In this document: piece by piece, positions 40,819-52,482 of the stretch
How positions within the stretch are numbered: the first letter of the stretch is position 1
Layout: every line of letters begins with the position of its first letter
Source of the DNA: Candidatus Latescibacterota bacterium
GTDB lineage: Bacteria > Latescibacterota > CBDEFO01
Assembly: GCA_965237525.1 (NCBI GenBank)
Contig: CBDEFO010000007.1
Location: 640,001 to 704,000, forward strand
Direction of reading: 5' to 3'
DNA: 64,000 bases
The notes under the pieces: generated by a model
The model's input: the letters and a program-made list of their open reading frames with translations, nothing else
What the model was told of the DNA's origin: nothing
Databases searched by the model: none
Translations under genes and position numbers: made by a program

Positions 40819-42337
40819 AAGCCTTGTGAAAAACCCTTAGATTCAGAAAGTAGTATAGAACAAGCATTGATAAAGCAGCTCCGATGTATTATATTATGTT
40901 ATTGATAATATTATACATGGAGGAAACAATGACCCCACAAAAGCAGGAACAGACAAATCCGATGTTTCACTATTTTCAGATGGAGGATTTAGTTCCCGAG
41001 GATCATATCCTTCGTCAGATTGATGAGGCAGTTGATTTTTCATTTGTACGAGACGTTGTATCAGATTGTTATTGCCCTGACAATGGCAGACCCGGTATTG
41101 ATCCTGAATTAGTTGTTCGAATGATCCTTATTGGCTATCTGTATAATTTGAGTGAGAATCGGCTCTGTCAGGAAGTGGGGATGCATGCGGCATATCGGTT
41201 GTTTTGTCATCAGACATTTGATGATGCGGTTCCGGATAGGAGCACGATCAACAAGCTTCGCAATCACAAGTGGGCATCCAGTGGGTTGTTTGAACGGATA
41301 ATGCGTCAGGTAGTCCAGTGTTGCATAGATGTCGGTCTTGTGAGCGGTAAACACCTTAGTGTCGACGGTACTCAGATACAAGCTGATGCTTCAGTGAAAA
41401 GTATTGAGCCGATAGAACCCCCTGTTTCTCTTGATGATTATCTCAAGGGAATCGGTTTTGAAGGTGATAAGACAAAGGGTAGGTCCGGGCATCCTCAGGA
41501 TAAAGACTTTCATGGTGAAAAGTGGACGAACCAAACACACCGTTCGACTACAGACCCCGACGCGCGCTTATACAGCAAATCGAAGGGCAAAGGGGCTTTT
41601 CTCTCGTTTATGGGCCATGATCTGATCGACACAAAAAGCAGAGTAATCCTTGAGACTCAGGGCACGCAGGCGACAGGGACAGCAGAGCCCGAAAGTGCCC
41701 TTAAGATGGTAGATGACCTTGAAACATACACCATGCCCAAAGACATTCAGACACTTAGTGCCGATACCGGTTACGGTTCTGGTAATTTTATCGCTGATGT
41801 ACTTGACCGGGGAATCATACCCCATATTCCTCTGCGAGCCGATGAGAAGATTGAACCGATTCCTACATGGAAAAACAAGACAAATTCAGCACATATTCAG
41901 GCCGAACGCGATAGAAAAGTGCGAGAGGCGAAAGCCAGAAATCATGCACGGTCTATCTCATTAACAGCTGACTACAAACTCTCCCGGAGACTCCGTAAAC
42001 GCAGTGAACATATCTTTGCTGAAGCCAAGCAACAACACGGTATGGGACGAGCCCGTTATAGAGGACTAGCCTCACTGAATGAACAGTTGAATCTTGTTGC
42101 AACAGTACAGAATCTCAAGAGGCTTGTATCTTTCATAAGAAGGGGGAAAGCGTCTATGTGTGCCCTGTCTGTCAAAGACAGTGCATCCTGTTCTTCAAAC
42201 AGCTCCTATTCCTTGCTGACCAGAACTCTGATAAGACTATTTTGCTTATTCCACAGCAAAACGATACGATATGCTACTCTTTGACCCATAATCGGCGCTT
42301 CAGACGCTGCCTGGGACATAACTATTTCACAAGGCTT
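40819..42337 (+). mobile_element. IS1182-family insertion sequence, complete copy (1519 bp)
   Basis: 13-bp IRs AAGCCTTGTGAAA/TTTCACAAGGCTT; 4-bp target duplication TTAG (40815-40818, 42338-42341). Confidence 0.95.
40929..42284 (+). CDS. IS1182-family transposase
   Basis: LVPEDHILRQID, GRPGIDP, VDGTQIQADAS, STTDPDAR, ADTGY, SEHIFAEAK; RBS GGAGG. Confidence 0.93.
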   Translation: MTPQKQEQTNPMFHYFQMEDLVPEDHILRQIDEAVDFSFVRDVVSDCYCPDNGRPGIDPELVVRMILIGYLYNLSENRLCQEVGMHAAYRLFCHQTFDDAVPDRSTINKLRNHKWASSGLFERIMRQVVQCCIDVGLVSGKHLSVDGTQIQADASVKSIEPIEPPVSLDDYLKGIGFEGDKTKGRSGHPQDKDFHGEKWTNQTHRSTTDPDARLYSKSKGKGAFLSFMGHDLIDTKSRVILETQGTQATGTAEPESALKMVDDLETYTMPKDIQTLSADTGYGSGNFIADVLDRGIIPHIPLRADEKIEPIPTWKNKTNSAHIQAERDRKVREAKARNHARSISLTADYKLSRRLRKRSEHIFAEAKQQHGMGRARYRGLASLNEQLNLVATVQNLKRLVSFIRRGKASMCALSVKDSASCSSNSSYSLLTRTLIRLFCLFHSKTIRYATL

Positions 42338-42947
42338 TTAGTGTTGCTGAGCAAGAAAAGTAGCGTGGTCGTCTCCGAGAATTCGAGTAGATGGTCTGTG
42401 TGGATTGTGCTTTCACTTTTTATCCCTGCAGGTGCGAGCTCGACGATGTCGAAATTAGTGCACGAGGTGGGCTTGGACGACTACAGATCAGCCTATCTTT
42501 TTGTGCTTTATATATCTGCGACAGTTTTATCGGGGGCAGTGTTTTATTTTAAGAGGGATAAGATAAGCCGAGTGGAAGTTCTTATAGGGGTTTTGTTGGG
42601 GTTATGTAACGTGTCAGGAGTGTGGAGTCTGCTGATAGCTTTATCACAGCTCAAAGGTGTGGTGGCCTTTCCTTTTATGAGCTCGGGCGCGGTGATCATA
42701 GTAACTATATTGTCTACGGTGATATGGAAGGAGCATCTGCCATTGAGAGGTGTCTTTGGAATCCTGTGCGCTGCAGCGGCGCTGATACTTATAAATCTGT
42801 GAAATTACCCTATTTCCCCTCTACTGTGAGCCGCATCACAGTAGAGATGCTAATATTTGATTACCTTTGACAATGGGGCAATTTTGAATTACTCGTTGCC
42901 GGAGCGTTTTCCGGATTTTTAGGGCTTTAACAATAAAAAGGCATACG

Positions 42948-45900
42948 ATGAGAAAAATGCTCATATTTCCGGCTCTGCTCCTTGTAATACTATCCTTCGG
43001 GGCGGATGTTCAAGCACAACAAAATAGTAAGTACGTTGAACATCAAGTGATTGTTAAGATGAGTGAAAAGATTCAAGCAGCGGATATCGTTAGTATGAGA
43101 GAGAACCTTAATGCTTCAGTGCTCAAGAAATTATGGATCGTTGACGCTGAACTTTGGGAAACACCGGGAATTACCGTGGAAGATGCTATCTATCAATACC
43201 GTAATGACCCTCGTATCGAATATATTGAGCCGAACTATCGTGTCTGGGCTGTGGAAACTATCCCGAACGATAGCAGCTTTTCTCAGCTTTGGGGATTGCA
43301 CAATACTGGGCAGACAGGCGGAACATCCGATGCGGACATCAATGCTGTTGACGCCTGGGATATTCAGACTGGCACTGATGTCTTAATAGGCGTCATAGAT
43401 ACAGGCGTAGACTGGACGCACGAAGAACTTGCGGATAATATCTGGACTAATCCGGGAGAGATCCCAGATAACGGTATTGATGATGATGGAAACGGTTACA
43501 TCGATGACGTCAGAGGATGGGACTTTGTAAACAAGGATAATGATCCTATGGACGACAACGGTCACGGAACTCACGTAGCCGGGACCATTGCTGCTGTCGG
43601 AAATAATGGAATAGGCGTTGTTGGAGTCTCTTGGTCGGCACAAATAATGCCACTTAAGTTTTTGGGAGCCGATGGTTCTGGAATTACCTCCGATGCGATT
43701 TTAGCTATAGAATATGCGATGATGATGAGCGCAAAATTAACTAACAATAGTTGGGGTAGCAGTGGATTTTCCCAGGCTTTATATAATGCGATTGCTGTTT
43801 CAGGGAACGCTAACATCCTCTTCATAGCCGCCGCAGGAAATGGAGGTGATGATAATATCGGAGATGATAATGATCAGGACCCTCACTACCCTTCCAGCTA
43901 CGATTTGGACAATATCATTTCCGTTGCCTCCACGAATCATAACGATGCTAAATCTTCCTTTTCCAACTTCGGCTTTACGTCAGTCGATCTGGGCGCTCCG
44001 GGCTCAAGTATTCTCAGCACCGTGCCAGGAGATACCTACAGCTTTCTCAGCGGGACCTCTATGGCGACGCCACATGTGTCCGGCGCTGCCGCTTTGATTT
44101 GGGCTCAATATCCAGATCTGACGAATCTTCAGGTCAAGAATAGGATTGTGAGCACTGTAGATCCGATCCCTGCGTTAGATGGCAGATCGGTTACAGGTGG
44201 AAGACTGAATGCCTTTGTTGCATTAGCAGAACCGGATAGTATCCCACCGGCTGCCGTGACCGATTTAGCCGCAGCAGACCCGACCTCAAATTCTATAACG
44301 CTTACATGGACAGCCAGCGGGGATGACAGCGCCTTCGGCACATCAGCGTATTATGATATCCGATATGCAACCTCTCCGATCGATTCCGGGAATTTTGATT
44401 TGGCTACTGAAGTTTTGAACGAACCGGATCCTCAAGAGACTGGTTCTTTGGAGACGTTCACAACAGGTGGACTAGGTTTCAATACGACCTACTATTTTGC
44501 CCTGAGAGTTTTTGATGAGCAGGGGAATGGGTCAAAAGTTTCTAACTCGCCATCGGCTGCGACGTTGGGCAAACCTGATATCTCAGTTACACCGGATTCT
44601 CTGAGCGATAGTCTGCTCACAGCAAGCACATCCACTCAAATCCTTACTATATACAATGTAGGAGAGGGAACGTTAGACTTTACTTTTCCGGATTTTGCTT
44701 CTGCCGCTTTATTAAACACGCCAGGGATTGAAAGGAACGATGTCTCAAGTCGTTTTGAACATTTAGGACTCGAAAAGGGGCTGACAGATCTGCGAGAGGG
44801 GAATCCCCTCATTTTAGGAGCAGGAGGCCCAGATGGCTTTGGCTATCGGTGGATCGATAGCGATGAACCGGGTGGACCCATCTTTAACTGGATTGAAATA
44901 TCGAAAGTCGGGACACCGATATTGTTACTTGATGATGATGTTGAGGAAGTCACTCTGCCTTTTACCTTTCCGTTTTATGGAGAAGCAAAGACAACCCTCA
45001 AGATCTCGTCGAATGGCTATCTTACGTTTGGTGCAGATGGGACAGATTTCTCAAATGATCCTATTCCAGATCCTGTTGATCCCAATGACTTAATTGCGCC
45101 ATTTTGGGACGATTTGAATCCGAGCGCTGACGACACTATCTTTTACTATCACGACACTGATCAGAATCGATTTATTGTGCAGTACACTGGGCTTCCTCAC
45201 TATAGCGCTGGAGGTCCCTACACCTTCCAAGTTATCCTCTACACTGATGGCAGTATGCTCTTTCAGTATCTGGATATGCTTCCTCCTTTGGATAGTGCCA
45301 CGATAGGTGTCGAAAACCGAGATGCTTCCGATGGCTTACAAGTAGCTCTTAACACAGACTTTATCCATGATAGTCTCGCCGTTAGTGTCTCAGCTATTCC
45401 TCAATGGTTAAGCCTTAATCCTGTATCTGGCACTGTTCTACCGGGTTCATCGGTGGACATTGCTGTGAACTTCGATGCAACAGGTTTGAACGGCGGCAAT
45501 TATGATGCGCATATTGTGATTGCCAGCAACGATCCGGATGAGCCACAGGTACGAGTTCCTGCGCATCTGCATGTGACAGGCGTGCCGGATATTGCTGTTT
45601 CTGCTGATACTTTGGATTATGGCTTTGCCCTCATTGGAGCATCTGTCGACGATACGCTGATTGTCTCGAATATAGGGACCGATACATTGACGGTGAGCAG
45701 CATTGCATCGGATAATCCAAATTATACCGTAGATTTGACCGGTCTTAGATTAGCTCCCGGAGAAAGTCAGGAGGCGTTGGTAAGTTTTGCGCCGGTAGAT
45801 ACAGGAATAAGTAGCGGGACATTGACGATAACAAGTGATGTTCCGGATGCACCCATGGTGACTGTGACGCTAACTGGCGAGGGATTAATTGCGCCGAATA

Positions 45901-48018
45901 TTTCTGTTTCTCCAGATTCGTTAAGTGCAGATTTGCGAACTGGAGAGACATCGACACAGTTATTGACAATCAAGAACACCGGTGGCAGTGATTTGAATCT
46001 TGATATCTCGATTGAAGGAGTGGCAGCTGCTTCAGTGTCGGTAGAAGTTCGTTCCAGGAGTTTCGAGCGAAGATTAACTATTCAATTGCAGGATAATCCA
46101 CAAAAGGAATGGAGCGACTATCGGCAAATTCGTCAGGTAAAGACGGCGATGAAGAAGCTACCTCTCGAGCAAGATGCTCTGAGAATGTCGCTTCCTGTTG
46201 TGATAGAGGATCCTGTTGGTGATGGCGGCGTTGTTGACGTAACCGTTCTACGAGGCGCCAGTACATCGAACGAACTTCAGATCGAGATGGAATTTAATAC
46301 AGAAATTGATCCATTCGAATTTGGCGGTTTTCTTTCACTTGACGTAGATCAAAACCCCAGTACAGGTCTTCCTCCAAGTTTCGGGATCGCTGGACAAGAT
46401 ATCGGTGCAGAATATGAATTTCGGTTTTTCACAGTTAGCAGCGGTTTTGTGGGACTTTATGATGTCATATCAGGTTTTGTAGGTGCCTATCCTGTTGAAG
46501 TTGGGATATATACCTTGCGTTTTTCTGCACCGCTGTCTGATATTGGCAATGATGATGGAAACATGGATGTCACGGGAGCTATAGGAGACGTATTTGGCCC
46601 TACGGATTGGCTCCCAGATGCAGGTCATGGAACTATCAGTGGTGTCAGTTGGTTGTCAGTAACGCCTACCATGGACACTGTGCCAGCGAGTTCATCGGTG
46701 GATGTTGGAGTGGCCTTCGATGCCGCACATCTTAATGGTGGCGATTATGATGCACATATTGTGATTGCCAGCAACGATCCGGATGAGCCAGAAGTTCGAG
46801 TTCCTGCATATCTGCATGTAAGGGAAAATAGCTCGCCCGGCTCCTTTACCCGATTACTCCCTGCAGATAGCAGTCTTGTCCTGGCTCAAGCCGTAATCTT
46901 CCGCTGGACGGCGGCTCCCGATGTGGATACGATTATCTATTCGCTGTCCATCAGCGTAAATAGGATCGATATGACCTTCACCATAGAAGACACGACACTG
47001 ACGATTGATTTCCAGACGTTCGGCTTGCCGAACGATCGGCTTCCGGTGACGTGGTCGGTGCTCGCCTCCGACGGCATCTTGACCTCGTCGCCGACCAACG
47101 GCGACGGACACTTCACGCTGAACAACCTCTTCCTGTTCGGCGATCCTTCGGGCAACGGTTCAATCACCGCTTTTGATGCGACATTGGTGCTGCGGCACTC
47201 CGTGGGGCTTTTCACGCTGGCAGGCAGTGCCGCGGTGGCCTCGGATGTCTCCGGCAATGGCCTGATTAGTGCTTTTGATGCCTCCTCGATCCTGCAGTAC
47301 GTCGTCGGGCTCATCGACTGCTTTCCTGTCGATCCGGGCTGTGGGACACCACTGGCTAAGAGGACAAGCGTTAGAGGTACACTCGGCTGGTCTGATGTCA
47401 GATCGGTCGATCTTTCCGAACTTGTTAGTCTGCCTATCCTCTGGAGCGGAGAAGTAGGAAGGGTTACTTCAGCGCAGTTAACCGTCCACATAGACCCGAT
47501 GCAGGCTGCAGTTGAAAAAGTAGTCGCTCATGTACCTCAAGACTGGCAGTTGGTCTATAGCGTGGGGGACAGTGCGCTGTATGTGGCGATGGCCGGTGTG
47601 ACCCCGATCTCGGTCGGCGAGCTGGTGACCATTACAGTGCAGGTGCACGATCCAGTGGCGCAGGTGACGCTGCACGGCACGGGGTTTGTGAATGAAAGTG
47701 TCACAGGAACTCGGCGTGGTGACGATCGGTCAGGTGCCGACAGAATACGCGCTGGAGCAAAACTTCCCAAACCCATTCAACCTCACCACACAGATTATGT
47801 ATCAGTTGCCAGAGGCTTCGGAGGTACACCTGGTCATCTACGACCTGTTGGGTCAAAAGGTCCGGACTCTGGTGAACACCCAACAGGCACCAGGGTTCTA
47901 TAGAGTCCAGTGGGACGGACAAAATGACGCAGGTGTGGATGTCGCAGCAGGTGTCTATCTGTATCGAATCCGGGCTAAGCACTACCAACAGACGAGGAAG
48001 ATGTTGCTGTTGAAATAA
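42948..48018 (+). pseudogene. Secreted S8 subtilase with FN3, Ig/ASH-like, dockerin and cohesin-like domains; C-terminal sorting domain out of frame
   Basis: Signal peptide; triad VIDTG / HGTHVAG / GTSMATPH; dockerin GDPSGNG..DVSGNG. A frameshift near 47700 separates the QNFPNPFN..AGVYLYRI..TRKMLLLK tail. A 1651-aa truncated product may still be made. Confidence 0.85.
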
Positions 48019-48290
48019 CGAATAAACTGCATAAGTCTCTGCAAATTCATATAAATCACCACGCAAAAGCACGATCTGTTCCTCTTTCATCTGTCCATCT
48101 GTTCTGCTTACCTTTTCCAAGCAGATATGATTTCCCCTAACCTCGTAAGTATCCTATCATATTCCCGACTTGTGCAGAATGGCTACACGAGTTTTACCTT
48201 GACACAGAGGGCTTTTTTAGCTAAATTTCTGGAAGTTCAGATGGCTACGACACGATCTAGGAACGGTGTTACTTGGCAAACAGGGGAGTT

Positions 48291-50834
48291 ATGGTCAATC
48301 ACAAGATGATCAATAGAATCACAGGAGGAATAATATTCTTAACTGTTTTAGGGGTCTATCTGAAGACTGTGGCACCTACGGTCTCCTTCTGGGACTGTGG
48401 AGAGTTCATAGCATCGGCTTATATAATGGGTGTTCCGCATCCCCCGGGGACCCCGCTCTATGTTCTTATAGGGAGGCTATTCAGTCTACTTCCGATAGGA
48501 GGAGAGATCGCCTGGAGGGTTAATATAATATCCTCTGTAAGTAGCGCGCTGGCGGTTCTGATGATATACTTGGTTACTGTACGCTTAATCTTGTTCTGGA
48601 GTGGAATTGGATTTTCTACGATTCAATCACAGACGGAAGGCCTGTCACAAGACCTGTCACTTACGGAGCTTATCCCCGCATATGCAGGCGGAGCTATGGC
48701 GGCGTTCTGTGTGGCTTTTTCAGACACATTCTGGTTCAACGCAGTGGAGGCTGAAGTCTATGGTTCTTCTGTTTTGGTGACTATGTTGGCCGTGTGGCTG
48801 TCGATGTTGTGGATGGAACGGCACGATGATCATGAAAGCGACAAGATATTGCTCTTTATAGCTTACCTGTTCGGATTGGGGAGCGGGATGCATCTTCTGT
48901 CTCTTTTGACTATTCCGAGTATTTTGATTTTGATACTCTTTACAAATGCAAGACCGCTCAAGAATCCTAAACTGTGGATCGCAGCTATATCCCTCTTTAT
49001 TTTAGGATGGTCTACGGTTTTTGCGCTCTACATAAGGTCCGGATTGAATCCGGCTATTGATGAGAATAATCCGGAAAACTTCCGTAATTTTATGCAGTTC
49101 CTTCAAAGGAAGCAGTACGGTCAAGAGAGCTTACTTGTGACTCTATTTAATCGAAAATCGGACTTCTGGGGATTTCAGGTATGGCATATGTTTATGAAGT
49201 ACTTCTTTCAGCAGTTTCCCCTCCCTGACGTGTTTCCATTTTCGCTATTTAGTAGGATCTCCCAGTTCAGAAAAGCTACAGCAAATGAGTATATGACAGT
49301 TAAGATCTCGCTTATCCCTTACATCCTGGGAATCGCAGGGATGTACGTCCATTTAAGGAAAGATTGGAAAAGAGCGCTTGCGTTTGTGGTGTTGTTTGTG
49401 ATTATGGGATTCGGGTTGGTAGTGTACCTGAATATGCAAGATCCTCAGCCCAGAGAGAGGGATTATTTCTTCGTGGGGGCATTTACGATATTCGCCATGT
49501 GGATTGGGATAGCCCTGTCTGGGATCTTAGATTGGTTAGTTAAAAGGATAAGGAGGCTAACAGGGATCGCCTATGCTGTTATAGCCCTCGTGGTGTTGAT
49601 CTTTCTGGCGGTGCCTGCGGCGATGTCAAAAGCGAACTATCACTCTCACGACAGGACAGGGGATTACGTTTCGTTCGATTATGGATACAATATAATTCAA
49701 TCGTGTGATAAAGACGCTATATTGTTTACGAACGGGGATAATGACACATTTCCACTGTGGTTCCTTCAGGAGGTTATGCAGATAAGGAAGGATATTAAAG
49801 TTGTAAATTTGAGCCTTCTGAATACGCCATGGTATATAAAACAGCTGAGGGATTTCGAGCCTAAGATTAAGATAGAGTACAGCGATAATTATATAGATAA
49901 CGTGCTGTGCGGATCGACTGCGGAGGCTGTGATGACCAGGAAATGGGATAAGGAACGGTTCGAAAAGGCGGTGGCCGCTGGGATGAAGTGGAAGATCCCC
50001 TCTCCGGGTGGTAATTATAATATACTCAGGATTCAGGACGTGATGGTCTATAATATCATACATTGGAATAAGTGGGAAAGACCTGTATATTTCGCTGTGA
50101 CTGCGGCAACGTCGAATATGATAGGTTTGAAGAGTGCAGGACATCTGATTATGGAGGGCATGGTCTTCCGCGTTATGAAGGATAAGGTCACAAGTTACAG
50201 AAGCTTGGATCCAGAAAGGTCGAAGCATAACCTGTGGAATGTGTATCAGTACAGAGGATTAAAGGACCCTGAGGTATATAAGGATGCGAACACTTTGAAG
50301 CTGTTGGCAAACTACAGGGCGGCGTATCTCCAGCTTGCCGACGTCTACAGGGTTATGAGAAGACCCGATGAGGCTGTAGAGACACTCGAAAGGTGCGACG
50401 AGTTGGTCCCTATGTACTGGGTGGACTACAGGGTGTCGTCTCAGATATTGGCCGCGGCGGGCAGGCGCGAAGCAGCGGGGGAGTTTTTAGAAAAGGGGCT
50501 GGAAGATGCCAAAAAGAAAGGAACGAACGCTCTTCTTCAGATCGCCTCTTCTTTTATAACGGACGCGCAGAATTACGACAGAGCGGTCAAAGTGTACACA
50601 GAGGTGACAGAGGTATCTCCTTTTGAGAAGGACGCATACTACGGACTCGCACTTGCTCTTGAGAAAAAGCAGGACTACAAAGCCTCACTAGAGACTCTGG
50701 AGCACCTTCTGGAACTTTTTCCTGAAGATGAGAAGGCCAAAAGCGGCATCGAGGGGCTCAAGAAGTTAGCCGATGTGGAGAAAGAGCCAGGGGATGCAGG
50801 AAACAGTGGACAATCTGAGTCGGGAATACCTTGA
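48291..50834 (+). CDS. DUF2723 / TMEM260-like GT-C glycosyltransferase with C-terminal TPRs
   Basis: APTVSFWDCGEF, GVPHPPGTP, FWFNAVEAEVY, QPRERDYFF, FTNGDNDTFPLW, VVNLSLLNTPWY. Confidence 0.9.
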   Translation: MVNHKMINRITGGIIFLTVLGVYLKTVAPTVSFWDCGEFIASAYIMGVPHPPGTPLYVLIGRLFSLLPIGGEIAWRVNIISSVSSALAVLMIYLVTVRLILFWSGIGFSTIQSQTEGLSQDLSLTELIPAYAGGAMAAFCVAFSDTFWFNAVEAEVYGSSVLVTMLAVWLSMLWMERHDDHESDKILLFIAYLFGLGSGMHLLSLLTIPSILILILFTNARPLKNPKLWIAAISLFILGWSTVFALYIRSGLNPAIDENNPENFRNFMQFLQRKQYGQESLLVTLFNRKSDFWGFQVWHMFMKYFFQQFPLPDVFPFSLFSRISQFRKATANEYMTVKISLIPYILGIAGMYVHLRKDWKRALAFVVLFVIMGFGLVVYLNMQDPQPRERDYFFVGAFTIFAMWIGIALSGILDWLVKRIRRLTGIAYAVIALVVLIFLAVPAAMSKANYHSHDRTGDYVSFDYGYNIIQSCDKDAILFTNGDNDTFPLWFLQEVMQIRKDIKVVNLSLLNTPWYIKQLRDFEPKIKIEYSDNYIDNVLCGSTAEAVMTRKWDKERFEKAVAAGMKWKIPSPGGNYNILRIQDVMVYNIIHWNKWERPVYFAVTAATSNMIGLKSAGHLIMEGMVFRVMKDKVTSYRSLDPERSKHNLWNVYQYRGLKDPEVYKDANTLKLLANYRAAYLQLADVYRVMRRPDEAVETLERCDELVPMYWVDYRVSSQILAAAGRREAAGEFLEKGLEDAKKKGTNALLQIASSFITDAQNYDRAVKVYTEVTEVSPFEKDAYYGLALALEKKQDYKASLETLEHLLELFPEDEKAKSGIEGLKKLADVEKEPGDAGNSGQSESGIP

Positions 50835-50898
50835 AGAAAGGAACAGCGAAGCTCAATCGTCTCCATGTAGGAATCTATAGGAAGGAGCTAGGGAGGAG

Positions 50899-51087
50899 AT
50901 GAAGAATTGGATAGACGATAAGGTGCTGGAAAGATGCGTTGAGCCTCTGTACATTTGTGGCTCTATGAATGGAAGTTATATAATCTACGCTCCACACGAT
51001 TCATGGGCTGTTAAGAGGGAAAGGGATTATAAAGGACTGATCGAGGACGTAATAGGCGTGACTGTGGATGTAGTTGGTGAGGATTGA
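50899..51087 (+). CDS. Small hypothetical protein, weak DnaA domain-I resemblance
   Basis: Strong RBS GGAGGAG; co-oriented between operon genes. Confidence 0.6.
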   Translation: MKNWIDDKVLERCVEPLYICGSMNGSYIIYAPHDSWAVKRERDYKGLIEDVIGVTVDVVGED

Positions 51088-51106
51088 GGATTAAGAAAAT
51101 AATGTA

Positions 51107-51451
51107 ATGGCGGAGCGGATAAACAACTGGCAGGAGATAGTGCTTCCACCGGGATGGTCTGAGGTTTCGGTCCCCCAAAAGGATGGAAAGGTGCACTTTG
51201 ATGGAAAAGTCAGGGAGTTTATACTCGGAGGGGAGAAAAACTACGGGGAGTGCAAAAACAGGATAAGGGTATTCTGGAACAGCAGAAAGGATGAAAAGCG
51301 CGGATGGGGTATATACCAGATGAAAAATGGGAAGGTCGCGTCTAAAATGATCGTAAGAGCAAAGGGGATAGCTCAAAAGGGGAGAGACCCTGAAGAGTTC
51401 CCCACTGAGGAATTATTGGACACAATAGATAGGTTTGAGATCTTCGATTAG
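51107..51451 (+). CDS. Hypothetical protein (114 aa)
   Basis: Clean co-oriented ORF with purine-rich coding bias. Confidence 0.65.
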   Translation: MAERINNWQEIVLPPGWSEVSVPQKDGKVHFDGKVREFILGGEKNYGECKNRIRVFWNSRKDEKRGWGIYQMKNGKVASKMIVRAKGIAQKGRDPEEFPTEELLDTIDRFEIFD

Positions 51452-51502
51452 AGATAGGAGTGCATGGGAGAGTCAAGGATACGATTCAAGAGAGGATAGG
51501 TT

Positions 51503-52465
51503 ATGAAACGGGCATTGATAACTGGAATTACTGGTCAGGACGGATCTTATCTTGCCGAGTTTCTACTGGGGAAAGGATACAGGGTGTACGGCTTAATAAG
51601 GAGGAGTAGTACGGTACATCTTGAGAGAATCCATCATCTGGAGGACAAGATAATTACTCTACCTGGCGATCTTTTGGATCAGAATTCGCTTGTAAGCGCC
51701 CTCAAGGAGTCCGATCCCGATGAGGTCTATAACTTAGGTGCGCAGTCTTTCGTCGCTGCGTCCTGGTCTCAGCCTATACTGACGGGGGAGATCACCGGCC
51801 TTGGGGTTACCAGCCTGTTGGAGTCCATAAAGGCCGTAAAGCCAGACGCTAAATTCTACCAGGCGTCCACGAGTGAGATGTTCGGTAAGGTTCAAGCGAG
51901 TCCGCAAAACGAAAAGACGCCCTTTTATCCGCGCAGTCCTTACGGTGTATCTAAGCTTTATGGCCATTGGATAACTGTAAATTATCGCGAGAGTTACAAT
52001 ATATTCGCCTGTTCCGGCATATTGTTCAACCACGAATCTCCCAGAAGAGGGTTTGAATTCGTAACCAGAAAGATAACAAGCACTATTGCAAAGATAAAGT
52101 GGGGATTGGCAGATAGACTAAGCCTCGGCGATCTGGATCCTGAAAGGGATTGGGGGTTCGCCGGAGACTACGTTGAGTCTATGTGGTTGATGCTTCAGCA
52201 GGATGAGCCGGACGAATACGTCGTGGCTACTGGAGTGGCTCACTCTGTCAGGGATTTCGTGAAACTGGCGTTCGAGTGCGCAGATATGAATTGGGAGGAC
52301 TATGTAGACATAGACAAGCAGTTCTTCAGACCAGCTGAGGTCAATAATCTAGTGGGCGATGCGACCAAGGCAAGAAAAAGGTTAGGCTGGGAGCCGAAGG
52401 TTACCTTTGAGGAACTGATAAAGATGATGGTGGAGTCAGACTTGGTCCTGTTCAGCCGAAAGTAG
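51503..52465 (+). CDS. gmd: GDP-mannose 4,6-dehydratase
   Basis: [53 protein letters not shown]. Confidence 0.96.
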   Translation: MKRALITGITGQDGSYLAEFLLGKGYRVYGLIRRSSTVHLERIHHLEDKIITLPGDLLDQNSLVSALKESDPDEVYNLGAQSFVAASWSQPILTGEITGLGVTSLLESIKAVKPDAKFYQASTSEMFGKVQASPQNEKTPFYPRSPYGVSKLYGHWITVNYRESYNIFACSGILFNHESPRRGFEFVTRKITSTIAKIKWGLADRLSLGDLDPERDWGFAGDYVESMWLMLQQDEPDEYVVATGVAHSVRDFVKLAFECADMNWEDYVDIDKQFFRPAEVNNLVGDATKARKRLGWEPKVTFEELIKMMVESDLVLFSRK

Positions 52466-52482
52466 AAGTCGTATTATCCCTT

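Larger units (their letters stand above)
40437..42802 (+). pseudogene. EamA/DMT-family transporter split by IS1182
   Basis: 40437-40818 plus 42342-42802 rejoin in frame (..FIVLALVLLSKK..) to 843 nt, 280 aa, with ~10 TM helices. Confidence 0.9.

Noticed and set aside
42819..42846. Perfect 11-bp hairpin after EamA as an intrinsic terminator
   Set aside because: No U-tract on either strand, so a function cannot be supported.
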